Positions 1-11,900 of a stretch of 48,732 nucleotides of DNA are shown one piece after another. The translations under genes were made by a program, and so were the position numbers. The notes beneath the pieces were generated by a model, which saw only the letters and a program-made list of their open reading frames with translations, had not been told where the DNA came from and ran no database searches. This DNA comes from Catajapyx aquilonaris (Eukaryota): contig JYFJ02000131.1 in assembly GCA_000934665.2 (NCBI GenBank), positions 124,001 through 172,732 on the forward strand. The letters are read 5' to 3'. Each line of letters opens with the position of its first letter. The stretch's first letter is position 1.

Positions 1-1840
1 CCCTCAACCCGATATTAGTTTGGAAGCCTGGTTTAAAAAAATGCCTGTTAAAACCTCCCTTTGTTACATTAATCCCCTTGGCCCACACACTGCACAGTAT
101 GGAGAGGCATGATACATCTGGAATCAAATTTCATCCGACCCTGCCTCACAGGCTCTGCCAGGTTAATCCCACATCACAAACATCGTGTAAAGCTGTGTGC
201 ACCCGAATAGTCCATTGGCTGTCCCCCAGACAACACGCAACAATACTCCTCTTGCACATACAATGTTACCTCGTATATAACAAGCAGGGAAGGCAGACTC
301 CGACCCCGACTATTTTCCTTCTGAAAGGACGTAATTTAATGAGCGAATATATAGGACGGTCCACATCTCAGACACAGCAGAATGGAATTGCCGCTGTATG
401 AAATCCACTTCAAAAGGTACGGCTGCGGATGTGCCTTGCCATGCAAACAAGAACCCCCCCACTTCTCTTCTGTATATATAATACAGTATCTGCGACATGG
501 GGATGCCATTTCTTGTATCAGTTCAAGCGAAACTTCACTTTTTCGCAAAGTTTAGTCCGAAGTTTAAAGGGGAGGAAAAGTGCTGTTTACATTGTGCAAG
601 TGACATGTTGATTCTGTAAATTTATAAAAGTAAGGCAGAGAGGAAGTACAAAATGTCTGCATAAATGTCAAACAGTTACAATAATATTTACTGCTAGCGA
701 AAGAAATGCTTAATGCAGTTCAGTTCGTTTGAGTTTAACAACTGGTTCGATTTAAATCTGTTTTAAGGGGTATGCTGTGACATCCAATCACTGCATCATA
801 AGTGTGATAGAAGCATGCCATTAACCTGCCAAAATATTGAAAAAGGTGCTGTCAAGCTGACAGCTTTCCGTATGCATCGTGTGTCAACTGTCAGCATCGC
901 TACTAAAATTAATGCACAGGAATATGTAGTCATGTCAAGCTCTCTGGCCTATCCCATTTCGGCATTGAAACGTAAAAAAAAAACTGTAACCACAATTACG
1001 GCAAAACTGCAGTATCGACAGTAACTTTAAAGGAACTGCTTAATATCACAATGCTTCAACTTCGAGACGCATCTGTGGCCGCAGGCTGTTACATGTCCAT
1101 TCTGCGACAGAAGGGTGAATCGAGCTGGATTTTGACGTATAGTCGTGTCACTCGTGAGACTCACAGAGGGAAAGAAAATTCAATTTCTTCTTTTCAACTT
1201 CGTAGCAAGCAAAAGTTGCATGAAATATTAGCGTTGTAATGTCCCACTGCTAATATAATAATTCCGAAACACACTATAGTTGGTAGAATTCTTGTGAGCG
1301 TCTGCTGTGTTCCGGCAAAAACCTGGGACTTTATAAATAGCCAAAATACTGTACAGTGACTAATTCTAGATTTGCGCGCTTATTTTTACGACGAGGGCAA
1401 TGTAACTTACATGGAATGGTCTATTCAATTATTGGTTTAAACGGGGTATTGCACTTTAAACTACTTAAATTTCGACATAGCCCGAAACAAGTGCTCGTGA
1501 GCTTGCCACTGAGAACAGTTTATAATTAGCAAGGCTAAATAGGTTGTTAACGGATGTTTCCTGAGCAAATGTAATATTCTTGCACGCATTCATATCCAGC
1601 GCAATTGCGGTGTAACTATCACGTTGCCCTTCACAATATTTGGAATGGTTTTTGTCTTTCAGAGAGAGCTTCTCTCACACGCTTTCTCATGGATTTCTTC
1701 ATGCCAACATTAGTACAGTATAAAGAGATATAAAATTAGTATTGCAGTACCGTAATACCTCAATGCAAATGATGTACAGAAATTTCCTCAGTTACCTTCT
1801 TGCTGGGAAATACGCTGTATTATTTAACCGTCTGTCTTAG

Positions 1841-2216
1841 CAAATATGCAAGAAAAAGCGGTTGGCAATATTATTGGAGAGGAAGAAAACGAGCTGCGAA
1901 AGTGCAATCAATGCTCTTCCTTTGGAGCTGGCGTGTTCCAATGGTGGGTGTCCAATGATCGATCTGGCCACCATGCTGCAGGGACACTGTGGGAAAAGTG
2001 GCCATTGCCAAAAACGACGCCACTTCCGACATCTCTCCAGTGCATATGGAACCAGCTCGATCTGGAAGCTCGAAACGGAATCCAGATGTCGGAGCTGCGC
2101 GAAAACACGTGGCCTCCTCGTCTCTGTGCTAAAAGTCCACGTTTTTCGCACCAGATGCCCTGCGAGTCTGTCGAGTTTGCTTGGCAGATTGATTGAGATG
2201 GAGCGTTACATGGAAG
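1841..2216 (+). other. Candidate isolated coding exon, product unknown
   Basis: GC-elevated block bounded by ...ccgtctgtcttAG| (1840) and |GTtag (2217). The frame starting at 1841 (QICKKKRLAILLERKK...RYMEG) is open across exactly this interval. No domain recognised. Confidence 0.2.
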
Positions 2217-3232
2217 GTTAGCACAACATCTTCACATCGTTTAGTACCACTTCAAAATCGGCGTATGATAGATTTTAAAGAAATTGCCAATAATTGTTCA
2301 CTCTAAAACTTGAATTTTAATGAAATTCAGTGTACAAAGTTGTGCTTTCGCATGATACGGACAATTTGATGAGGCCTGTGTAATCACGAATCAGTGTTGC
2401 AAACTAAGTTACATAATATAGTAAGCCATATGAGAAACCCATGATACTACATGCTCATTATTTTGTTGTGTAATGATGGATGACTATATCTCAATTTTTG
2501 CTGCTGTAGACATATAATTCGTATTTCTTTAAATATCTTCTCTATATACGCAATACTCATTTCATGGGCTCATTACGATGATGGCATGCCGATGATGACG
2601 AATGCTGGACGAATGAGAGTTGAGAACTCGCACCGTGTATCTTGCATGCTCAGAAACACTTTTCTGCACGCTACTGGGAATTAAATGCAATTGAGAAGAC
2701 GTGATGAGTAATTATGCTAATTAAGTTTTTCAGCATTTTCTTATCCACATCGTCGTCAATTATCTCTGACTCATAGTTTTGCACGAAAAATTTTTTTTGT
2801 CATTCTGTAGGCTAATATTAAAAGTAGCATGAACAAGTTGATATCTTGACTAGCTGTGTATGTTCTACAGTGAATATTACGGTAGCATCGTCATATTGCA
2901 AAAAGGTCATTATATTATTATATTATATTATTAGCTACTGCTCGGATGGAATAATTCAAATATTTTATTTCCCAAACACAGCTTTCTGTCACATATTTCA
3001 GCATACACTTCCTAATACTGAAACGTGTTTTTCTCAGTCCAAATTGGAGAAGTTCATGTCTGGTTTGATGCCCATTCATCCCAGCTTTCATTTGATTTGT
3101 TTGTTTTGTTACCTAGGGACGAAGGGGAAATTGGATAGGAAGGGAAAATATGTCAGGCTGTGTCTGTGCGATCCTTGCCTATATAGGTTTCTTCAACTGT
3201 AAGAATTGAAACATTTCGAAGGAGCAGCCTTA

Positions 3233-3402
3233 TAAGCCTCGTTTCCACAAGCATATCATTTTTGTTCTGGACAAAATGCAAACCATAACAAATTTTTGTT
3301 GCTAGGCGATTGATAATAATAGGGTTTTTAAAAAAAAAATTGCTCTATTTTTGTGCTTTTCATTTTGTGCTCAAAAATTATGCCGGTGGAAACACGGATT
3401 TA
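3233..3402. mobile_element. PIF/Harbinger-like MITE (~170 bp)
   Basis: Imperfect terminal inverted repeats: left taa-gcctcgtttccacaagcatatcatttttg versus reverse complement of right end taa-atccgtgtttccaccggcataatttttg. TAA/TTA at the termini, AT-rich non-coding interior. Confidence 0.5.
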
Positions 3403-3858
3403 CACAATCATCATTGTGAATATAATTGGTAGGTTTTTTGCTAATAAGTGTCTGCTAGCTATTGCAACACATATTCCTTAAGATTTCTCAATAATGTTGT
3501 TAAGAGTGATTACAATATGTAAGCTACATTTTAAGTACCGTAAAAGTCATCTGATTCAATGTCTTTCCGTAATTTTTTTGAAATATCATTTTTCTCAAAG
3601 CTTTTTAACAAAATTTGGGTCAATAAATGAAGTAAACAATCTGCAGAGCAGCTTTTCTCGGAACGATCAGCACATTCCTCAACTAATATTTGCCGAATTC
3701 AAAAGTTTTCCCTCGATGATATCGGTATATAGGCATCGTATGAAAGCCATCCAACCGGATCTCTCATTTCCAAACTTATTTCCTCCAATGCAAAACGCCA
3801 TGCATAATCGTATTAGCACTGCAGCTGGGCATAAATTAGCCAGTAAGTGACATAATGA

Positions 3859-3874
3859 CTCTCTCTCTCTCTCT
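3859..3874. repeat. (CT)8 microsatellite
   Basis: Direct read: ctctctctctctctct. Confidence 0.9.
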
Positions 3875-3934
3875 ATTTTTTTCCATAATGAGTATCCTTG
3901 ATAGTTTCGAGTTTTCGCCGAGTGGATTTCCATG

Positions 3935-4160
3935 TTTCGCTTTCTAGGATCTCAACACTAGACCGTCGCATTCAAGCCGCAGATTCAGCAGACTCTGCAT
4001 TCGGTCAGCTTTCTAAAGGACTGCTGGATCATGCCCACCTATTAAACAGAAGCATCAGTTAACTAGCACTGTACACTGTATCCAGCAAAAGCTTTACACG
4101 GACTCATTGCGCTAGTTGGAAACTCAAGGGACGCAATTTATTCCTGATGTTGCCTGAATT
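3935..4160 (+). mobile_element. Degenerate RTE-like non-LTR retrotransposon (LINE) reverse transcriptase C-terminal fragment
   Basis: FRFLGS at 3935-3952 matches the LINE F-x-YLGS motif. After a frameshift, DRRIQAADSADSAFGQLSK from 3961 matches the RTE RRI..A..AFG.L motif. TQFIPDV near 4130-4150 resembles W.D.I.N.EV. Stops and frameshifts present. Confidence 0.55.
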
Positions 4161-4929
4161 TGTATCAGGTTGTGCTCAATCCATTAGTGGGGGATGCCTT
4201 CGGCCACACTAGCCTGTTTTATAGGACCCGCTCATTTGTCATTTGGTAAAATCAGACCTCTCTCAGGGACATCTGCAGTTCTTGTGCCGTAAGTGGGATG
4301 GGAACAAATAATTATTCTCCGCGTTTTTCAGGACCAGCTGACGTTGCCCATCACTGCCACTTTCATTCTCTGCCCAAAATTAGCACGTGGACCTTTTGAA
4401 TCGTGCCCAGGAGCACTGTGAGTACTAAAACAATGAACAGAATTGTTTTCCTCAACTGTAAAAATCAGAAATGGGATACGACGCTGCGGAAAAATACGAT
4501 CCGTATAATGATGGGCACAGCTCAGCGACTGCAAAGGCCCGACACACCCTGCCGCCTTCTCATATCTCAATTTTCGAATCCCAAGCGAAAAAGCACGGAA
4601 ATGAGGCTACTCACACGATATACTATTCGCCTGATAAAAACGTGACCAGGAAGTGCGATGTAACTCGTTTCAGGATAAAGTCTCAAATATCACCAAACCG
4701 GGAATAGCCCATGCGATAGTACGACTATAGCTCTTTTTTTAAAAAAATTGCATAGGCCTACGTATGACTCTCTACAACTCATGAACGCAAAAAAAATAGC
4801 GAATTCTAACCCTATATTGATTTCCATAAGCCCATAAGTATTCAAGCATGTCTCTACACCAATATTAAGCGATCCGGCGTCTTGGAGTAGACTCTCATTA
4901 CCCCGGTGGAAGGACCGCCATTTCTTTAT

Positions 4930-6638
4930 GGGACATAAATTCCTTCAGCTTCCTCATAAAGCCGAAGAAATAGCCTCCCATAAAGAACACATTGGTCTCG
5001 CGTGTCTTCGCCACTTGGGGGGGGATTCACTAAGATAACGTGCGTCACGGATGTGGTTTTCTGTTCATAATATTTATCACCCCCCCCCGGATTTATATTG
5101 GTCGAAATCATCCGGAGTCTCAATCTCTGCTGCTTCGGGGACCTCATTGTTTAGCTTCCAAGCCAGGCAATAGCTGCACCTATATATATACGGGTTGGAG
5201 TCACGCGAAGGGGGCTTTTCAGGGTCCAGCTGGGTTTCAGGATTACCGTCTGTCGTAAACAGGGTTCATCGGAGCTGTTTTCCGAAAAGGGGGCACTTGA
5301 ACTCAATTCCATTTCACTTTACGCTGCAGGGCCATAAATCTACCGAAACTCCCAGGCACGCCACTTAAAAACTGTTGGACATTCGAGCATTCAAAAAGAA
5401 GAAGAAAAGGGTCGAGCTCGCTAGGAGAAACCTTTTTAAGCAGATTCGAGTTTGAAATACCTGGTTCGGTTGTAAAGGGAAAGAAGGTCTTTTTTTGTTG
5501 TCAATTCCTTAATCGGATCGACGTAAAAGACGCCGACAGGAGCCCATGGCAACGGATTTACTCAAACCTCGGTTGAATATATTGCAACTATAGTAGCGGA
5601 CTCGTTGCCAAATTTTGCAACACTGCTTGTCCCACTTGGAAGTAGTTACATAGGCCCCCTACCAGTTGGAGCATAGGCTCTTCCTCTGCACACTACTGCA
5701 GTGCTTAGGGGGAAAGTAGTACTGCATGCACGTTGGTGATCAGTCACCGCGCGGACAAAGCCCACTAGGGTGCTATAACCAGCGTGTGTCTCGCCTCCAT
5801 TGAAGTGGGTCCCATCCTCTCTGACAGGTGACAGTTGAACGGGGAAAGCGAAAACTATGGAACTTCTACCTAGGCAATGATCCTAGTCAACACGGACATA
5901 CAGTATATAAGCATATAAGTAGTATGGTAAGAGCGACTGTGTAAGTGTACTTTTTCAGAGTAATGTTAATTTCACGAGTTAATTTTTAGGCATGTACAAC
6001 ACAGAATAAGTACTGACCTCCTAGGCTGAGGAGCAACAGGCCATGACCTCCTGCTCCTGAGGACGAGTGCGGTCCTCATGGTTGAGCTACCAGTGGACCC
6101 GACCTGAGGGGCGGAGGTCCTCTTCTTGCTCCATCGTCCTTTCCGCCCGTGGGCCCAAAGATGCGGGGTTGGCCCTTGCTCACTGGCTGTCCGACGTCCC
6201 TTCCCGAAGAATATCTCTCGGCGAACTTGATCCATGTCCAGCTTCGAAGCCGCCATTCTAAACCTCAACTCGACTCATAAAGTCAAGGGGGGGCTGCCCC
6301 GCGTCTTCTGCGGGGGCGGGTTGCGCTCTTCTTTTTTTGTCCCAACCAAAAGCGGCGCAGATTTTATTATTCTCTCTTCTTCCCCCCCCCCCCCTTTTTA
6401 TCACCTACTTCACTACTCGGGCGCACCTTCTCGCAAAATTAAGTTTAAATGTGCAACGACGGAGAAAATTGGTCAATCATCTTCAAAGTGTGTCCCTCCC
6501 CTTACAGATTCGGGGCTACGGTGCGGATATTACGGATGTAAAGTGTGAGTACACTTCCCAGGGAAAATTAACAATCTCCTGGCAATTTTTTCGCTCAAAA
6601 TTTCTCATCTGCTAAGCTTAAAGGCTTAAGAGTGTTAA
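4930..6638 (-). mobile_element. Possible highly decayed piggyBac-like element (one end only)
   Basis: The minus strand begins TTAA|CACTCTTAAG (TTAA at 6635-6638). It continues with ATG at 6256 (MAASKLDMDQVRREIF), a GTCAGT donor-like site at 6017, and broken peptides PGL..ETPDDF (5104-5121), KYYEQK, KW, VFFMG..GFMRK in the order expected for the PGBD N-terminal core. No DDD catalytic region or second TIR found. Confidence 0.3.
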
Positions 6639-7450
6639 GAAACCAAGTGTATTTTTTTCCCCCCGCCGCGCCGTGTGAAAATCAACCAGGTGTACTCACC
6701 GTTCGAGCAAACTTGCACGATATGATATTCAAAGAGTAGAAATTGTGACGGAGTGATAGGAAATCAAACACTTGATGGTCCGCACTTCAGTCTTGCGTTT
6801 GAAGACAGGCACTACAAGCCTCCTTTTTATATTTTAAAAAAAATGTCACGCGATGGCAAAGATGGAGGAAAATTGACTACCGGTGCTTAAAATATTTCAA
6901 AGGCAAAGTACTTTGATTCTTGTCTCTTATTTTCACGATTTTGTTTGAGAGTTCACAAGGCATCCGTTCAGGCGCTTTTTATCCACCCACAGTCTATTTC
7001 GCGACTTCCTGCGGAAGTAGACACAATCATTACCAAACATGAATCAAAAGAATATAATAAGGTTGCCAAACATAGTCTTTTTTTTGCTGATCCAGACCAC
7101 TTGACACGAACAACGCCAACTTGATCCGATGTTTTTTTCACTTTCGTCCTAAAAACTTTATAGGAGAAGATATGGCACCAGGCTTGTTCTGTATCATCAC
7201 TTTCCGCAACGCAGATTTCCTTTGGCCTGTACCGCCATTCATAACCTACATAAGGCACCCTCCCCTAAGGCAGGCCTGATCAATATCATATTTATCTCTG
7301 TGCCTCGGACGTTTAGTCGATAACGTTCAAGAATTCTCGCTACTTAACAACGGGGTTCTTGAGCATGAGTCCGGGAGCTGTGTTTGCCGGGAGAGCGTAA
7401 TGGGGTGCGAAAAGATTGAGTGCAAAAATGGCCGTGAGAGAGAATTGGGC

Positions 7451-7646
7451 ACAGGGTCGTTACTGCCCAGTTGTAAAAATCCGCTATCTGATAATCCTCT
7501 CCCGTTCATTAATGCACAAAACTACTGGGATTTGCTAACAGCACTGTCCAAATTAAAAGCATAGATTTGACATCTGTTGAAAATATTGGCGTTATATTGT
7601 GGTTAATGTGACGAAAAGTGCGAAATGTACAGCAAACCACCCTGTA
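7451..7646. mobile_element. Possible Tc1/mariner-type MITE remnant
   Basis: Right end ccaccctgTA (reverse complement TAcagggtggtttgctg) versus left acagggtcgttactg. Short imperfect TIRs, TA only at the right end. Confidence 0.25.
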
Positions 7647-8657
7647 TATTCTATGATGTTGATGGTTGGGTTGATGACTAGATGTTGAGGAGATAAAGCC
7701 AGTTGGAAAAGGAAATTGGTCTCTTACATCACTGTCGCCTGAGAAAAGCCCTCGTGACGAAATGTGGCGGTTTCAGTCGGGAAATGCAGCACTTCAGAAA
7801 CAGACACCAGTTGGCACGGTTTTGCATTACGACAGAACCAAACGACTCCCGTGTGAACCACACATGGAGTTAATAATATAGTAAAGCGTTTTCATTGCGC
7901 AAATCATCAGGATGCAGTCCAGAGTTTTCATTTAACCCAGGCAAAACTCAGCAGTCGACACTATAATCAGTGCGAAAGCTATACCGTATCCAATTTGCAG
8001 GGGCACGGCTTACAGGCGCCCCTGGAGAGTGGTAATGCATTAGGATAACGTGTTTCTCTCCGGTCAGTGTCCCAGAGGTACGGCGGGACAAAGACGGATG
8101 CACGCTGGTATTACGACAGAGGCGGCCTTTTTCATTACCTGACCGACACATATTTCGAGACGGTTGATCTCCCAAAGGCCGTCTCAACACGAACATTACT
8201 CGGGTGTAAATTGTGTTTGGGTAATACGACGGCCCTACAGTGTGTCTCACCGTGCATCAGACAAACGTATAAAATTATGGACAAAAGCAGAAGTGTATGG
8301 AAGTTTGTGTGCAAAACAATGTTAAGTAAAATAGTGGGCACTACTTTTTCGTCGATGAAATCGTATAGAAATCCTTGTGGCCTTGTTCAGATTCGAATAG
8401 TGTGCCCCCCTTTTTTCCCTTTATACGTCCCCAGGTCTCTCTCTCCCTCTGTCTCTCCCTTTTCTTTTTATCGATATAGCCTTCCAGAAAGTCGATGTCG
8501 ATATTGGTCGTTTCAACTTCTGAAGCGTTATCAGCAAAGCAAATGGAAAGACAGCGCTCTTTATATATAGAAAGCGAACTTTTTTGTAGATATAAATTAG
8601 ACTACTCACGCAGTGAAAATTTGGTTTACATTGCTGGTCTGGTCATGCATGGGAAAT

Positions 8658-8928
8658 TGTAATGTAAGCGACTGGGTAGCACATTTACGTAAATGTGACT
8701 TAACATGGAATAATTCTCATCACTGCACTCCTGGAGTAGCAAAGAGAATTTTTGGGCAAGGTCAAGAAAGACGTAGATGAAAACATTTTTTGACCACTGC
8801 CACATCCATGTTTTCATCTACGTCTTTCTTGACCTTGTCCGTTAATTCTATTTGCAACACCTAACCAGCAATATATTCAATGTTAAGTCACATTTATGTA
8901 AATGTGCTACCCAGCCGCTTGCATTACA
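8658..8928. repeat. Foldback / long inverted repeat element (MITE-like)
   Basis: Outer arms of ~49 bp (tgtaatgtaagcgactgggtagcacatttacgtaaatgtgacttaacat and its inverted copy ending at 8928, 3 mismatches). Inner perfect 30-bp stem 8757-8786 / 8808-8837 with a 21-nt loop. Confidence 0.9.
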
Positions 8929-11900
8929 TAACCTGCTAGGTGAAACCGGACACTTGTTTGTAACTAATTATCATTACCAAGTGCACAGTGTAACGCCACA
9001 AGAACTCTTCTAAAAACGACACTGTCACTACCTAAAAAAAACTGTTCAGAATAGTTTCGTGCAATAGCCAAGTAATTATCTCTTTCTTATAAATGTGTGC
9101 GTCATGAATCATTCCCACGCCTTATGTTATTTCCCAACTATTGAAAAAAATATTTGCATTCACCAGATGGCATATCAGCTTTCAATCAAGTACACGTAAA
9201 TCCCATCTGATGCATGTACTGTTCTGTACGTGTGTATTTTCCAGTCCTTTTATTCCCCAGGGCAAAATCAGTGCTGCGATACTATAATACAAAAGGATAG
9301 AGAAAGGAATGTGAAATATTTCACCAAACCATTTAGTACCAAGTACAAAAGCGTACGAAGCAGGCAATAAAGATCTCTCTTGTCCTCATTATTCCATCCC
9401 TTTCATTATTCCAGTATACATTAAAAGGGAGTGGGAAAAAAACAGAATTCATTTAGAAAATCTCCCAGCTTTTCTTATCGTCTCGTACCTCACGCTTTTC
9501 ATCTCCCATACCCATAATCATCGCAGAAGTGCGCCGTACTTTAGCCCCTCAATTCAAACAAAGGCGCTTCATAGCGAAACTGTGAGATCACCATAGGAGT
9601 CTGGAACATTCTTTTGGAGCGATGAGAAGTTACTTTACAAAAAGAGCAATTTTTCTTATTATTCTCAACTGATTTTGAGGAAAGCCAAGCGCCAGATTAC
9701 TATTGATTCTTCACAGTTCGGGGTTCATTTTGAAAGCTTTAAAACTCCCTCCTTCACTTTGCATACTGATTTTGCAACGACTCCTGACAGGGCCAGATGT
9801 TCGGCTATATGGCCCAGAAGATTACTGGAGAGGAAGAATTAAAAAGTTAACAATGACTCCACAACTTTTTAGGAAAAAGTTCTAACAGAAACAGGTCTTC
9901 TTAAATGACACATTCTAAGTAAAGAAGAAAATAAGACAATTAATCCATATCAGAACTTTGAGAGTTCTAGTTGTGAATTATGAACATTGCACTAATTGGG
10001 TTTAAACATTGAGCAGAAATAAAATTGTTCGCATAATAAGCCTGATAGAAACAACAAATTTTTCATCTCGAAATCAGGTGCCCATAAATTATTTTGTATA
10101 GGCCTACACGCCTGCCTACTTGGCACTTCATACGAGTATGTCATGTTGGGAGCGCTTACGTATAATGTCTTTTGCATACACGAACATTAACGGCAGAATC
10201 CCACATAAATAAAACCTTTGAAAATAAATGTGCACTATCATCAGTGTCATGTTAATGAGTGAAGCGGTGTTCATATACCAGGGCTCCAGGTAGCAAATTC
10301 ACATTGGGAATGGGAATTTTCGCAAGAATGTTAACACGCCTTGAAAGAAAATACAAGAGGTGTCATATAAAAATAATTAATTCAGGCGAACTCCTACTAG
10401 GATGACATTTTGAACACCAGAAGATTAAATTATGTGGAGATGTAATTCTGTGTTTGCAACTTCGTTACTTACGGCTGCAAGATAATAGCAGACAATGGCA
10501 GGTGAGACGTTGCATTTTTAAAAATAATGCGGTATTGTAATAATATTTACATTCATCTCTTGGGGAATGAGTAAATATTGCTTGCCATTCCTTTTTATGA
10601 GTGCGAGGGCTGTATACGGCGCTAAATTTGCTGGAATTAATTTAAATATTTGAGCGAGGTATTATGCAGTATAATCATGGTCATTATCATTTCAACTGCA
10701 GTGAGCACCTTTACAGTAGCTACAGAACAGGCATATTCCATCCGTCAAACGAGTGTTACTTTGGCACTGTCTGGCATTGCAATTATGCAGTGCGGCGTGT
10801 TATAGAATATAACCATTTTCCATTAAATGCTTAAGGCTTTATAAAGCACGACTTATCTGACAACGATTCCCACACCATATATTAATGCAGTATCACTGTT
10901 CTGTAGTAAGCAGCTTACAGTTTAAAATGGAAGCTTTAACGCGATATCGTAACATTCTGAGCAACATATGGACATGCTTCAACTTCTCCCAAATTCGTGT
11001 CTTTAAAAAAAATTCTGTAACTGCTACCCGTTTGGAGCACTCAATTGCAAGGCGAGAGAAAATAATACCGCCAGTCGTCGTCTTATGGAGATGGAATGTA
11101 ACACTTGGCCATCAGCACCGTAATACGTGCAGTAAAACTAAACCAGTGGCCCTTGCTGGCCATAAATCCGTCTCGTTTAGACCGACCAGCGGAGATGCGA
11201 GGCTGTGCAAATAAACCGCGAAACACTGCAATGTACAGTTCAGGCTCTTGCGGTTTGTTATAGGTTAATTTTCTGGTGAAGCACATCAGATAAAAGGGAT
11301 TTAATTGGATTATGATTCCCGGACGTTTGACTTCGCCCAGAGAGTCCCTCCCCAAATTGCTCAATGCAAATTCTCCGGTCTGCTGAACCCGGAATTATTT
11401 TTTGACACTGGCTAAGAATGAGGGCTCAATTATCAAGTTAATTATTGCAACAAACTAAGTGCTCATTGAAAGGCAGTAAAATTAATTTGATTCTCGTAAT
11501 GCTCATGTGTGTGCTGACCTTGGATATAAATTTTCTCTTAAATGTGGCGGCTATTTTTCAGGCAGAAAACGTGACGAAAAATGGGCGTGGAAGATCTTAT
11601 TTACTCTTCTCAGTTACAATATAATTATTCCCACTTTGTAAATCAAGGTCACATGCAATGTCTGAAGTATCCTCGTTATTAATAGCTTCAAGTCATATTC
11701 CATTGTTTCTGCTTAATAATTGAAGTACTTCCAGCAGACACTCGCCTATTCTTGTAACTAATACAAATAATAAATAGTAATTGGTTAACATTTTTATATC
11801 CTAAGCACTTATGGCAGTGTAGAAGTGCACAGACATTTACCGTCGTTGCTCTGACAAAAGAACGAATTCATTTAAATCATTAATGATTTTCATTTTCCGT

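Noticed and set aside
1393..1631. Possible inverted termini gagggcaatgtaac / acgttgccctt
   Set aside because: Match is short and gapped, with no TSD.
1862..2221. TAZ/zinc-finger interpretation of the Cys/His-rich ORF
   Set aside because: Cys/His spacing fits no finger pattern I recognise. Kept only as an unnamed exon candidate.
8067..8570. 167-aa ORF with RWYYD, reminiscent of a Kunitz domain
   Set aside because: Non-ATG start, lacks the Kunitz cysteine pattern and YGGC..N.F motif, and ends in low-complexity CT-rich sequence.
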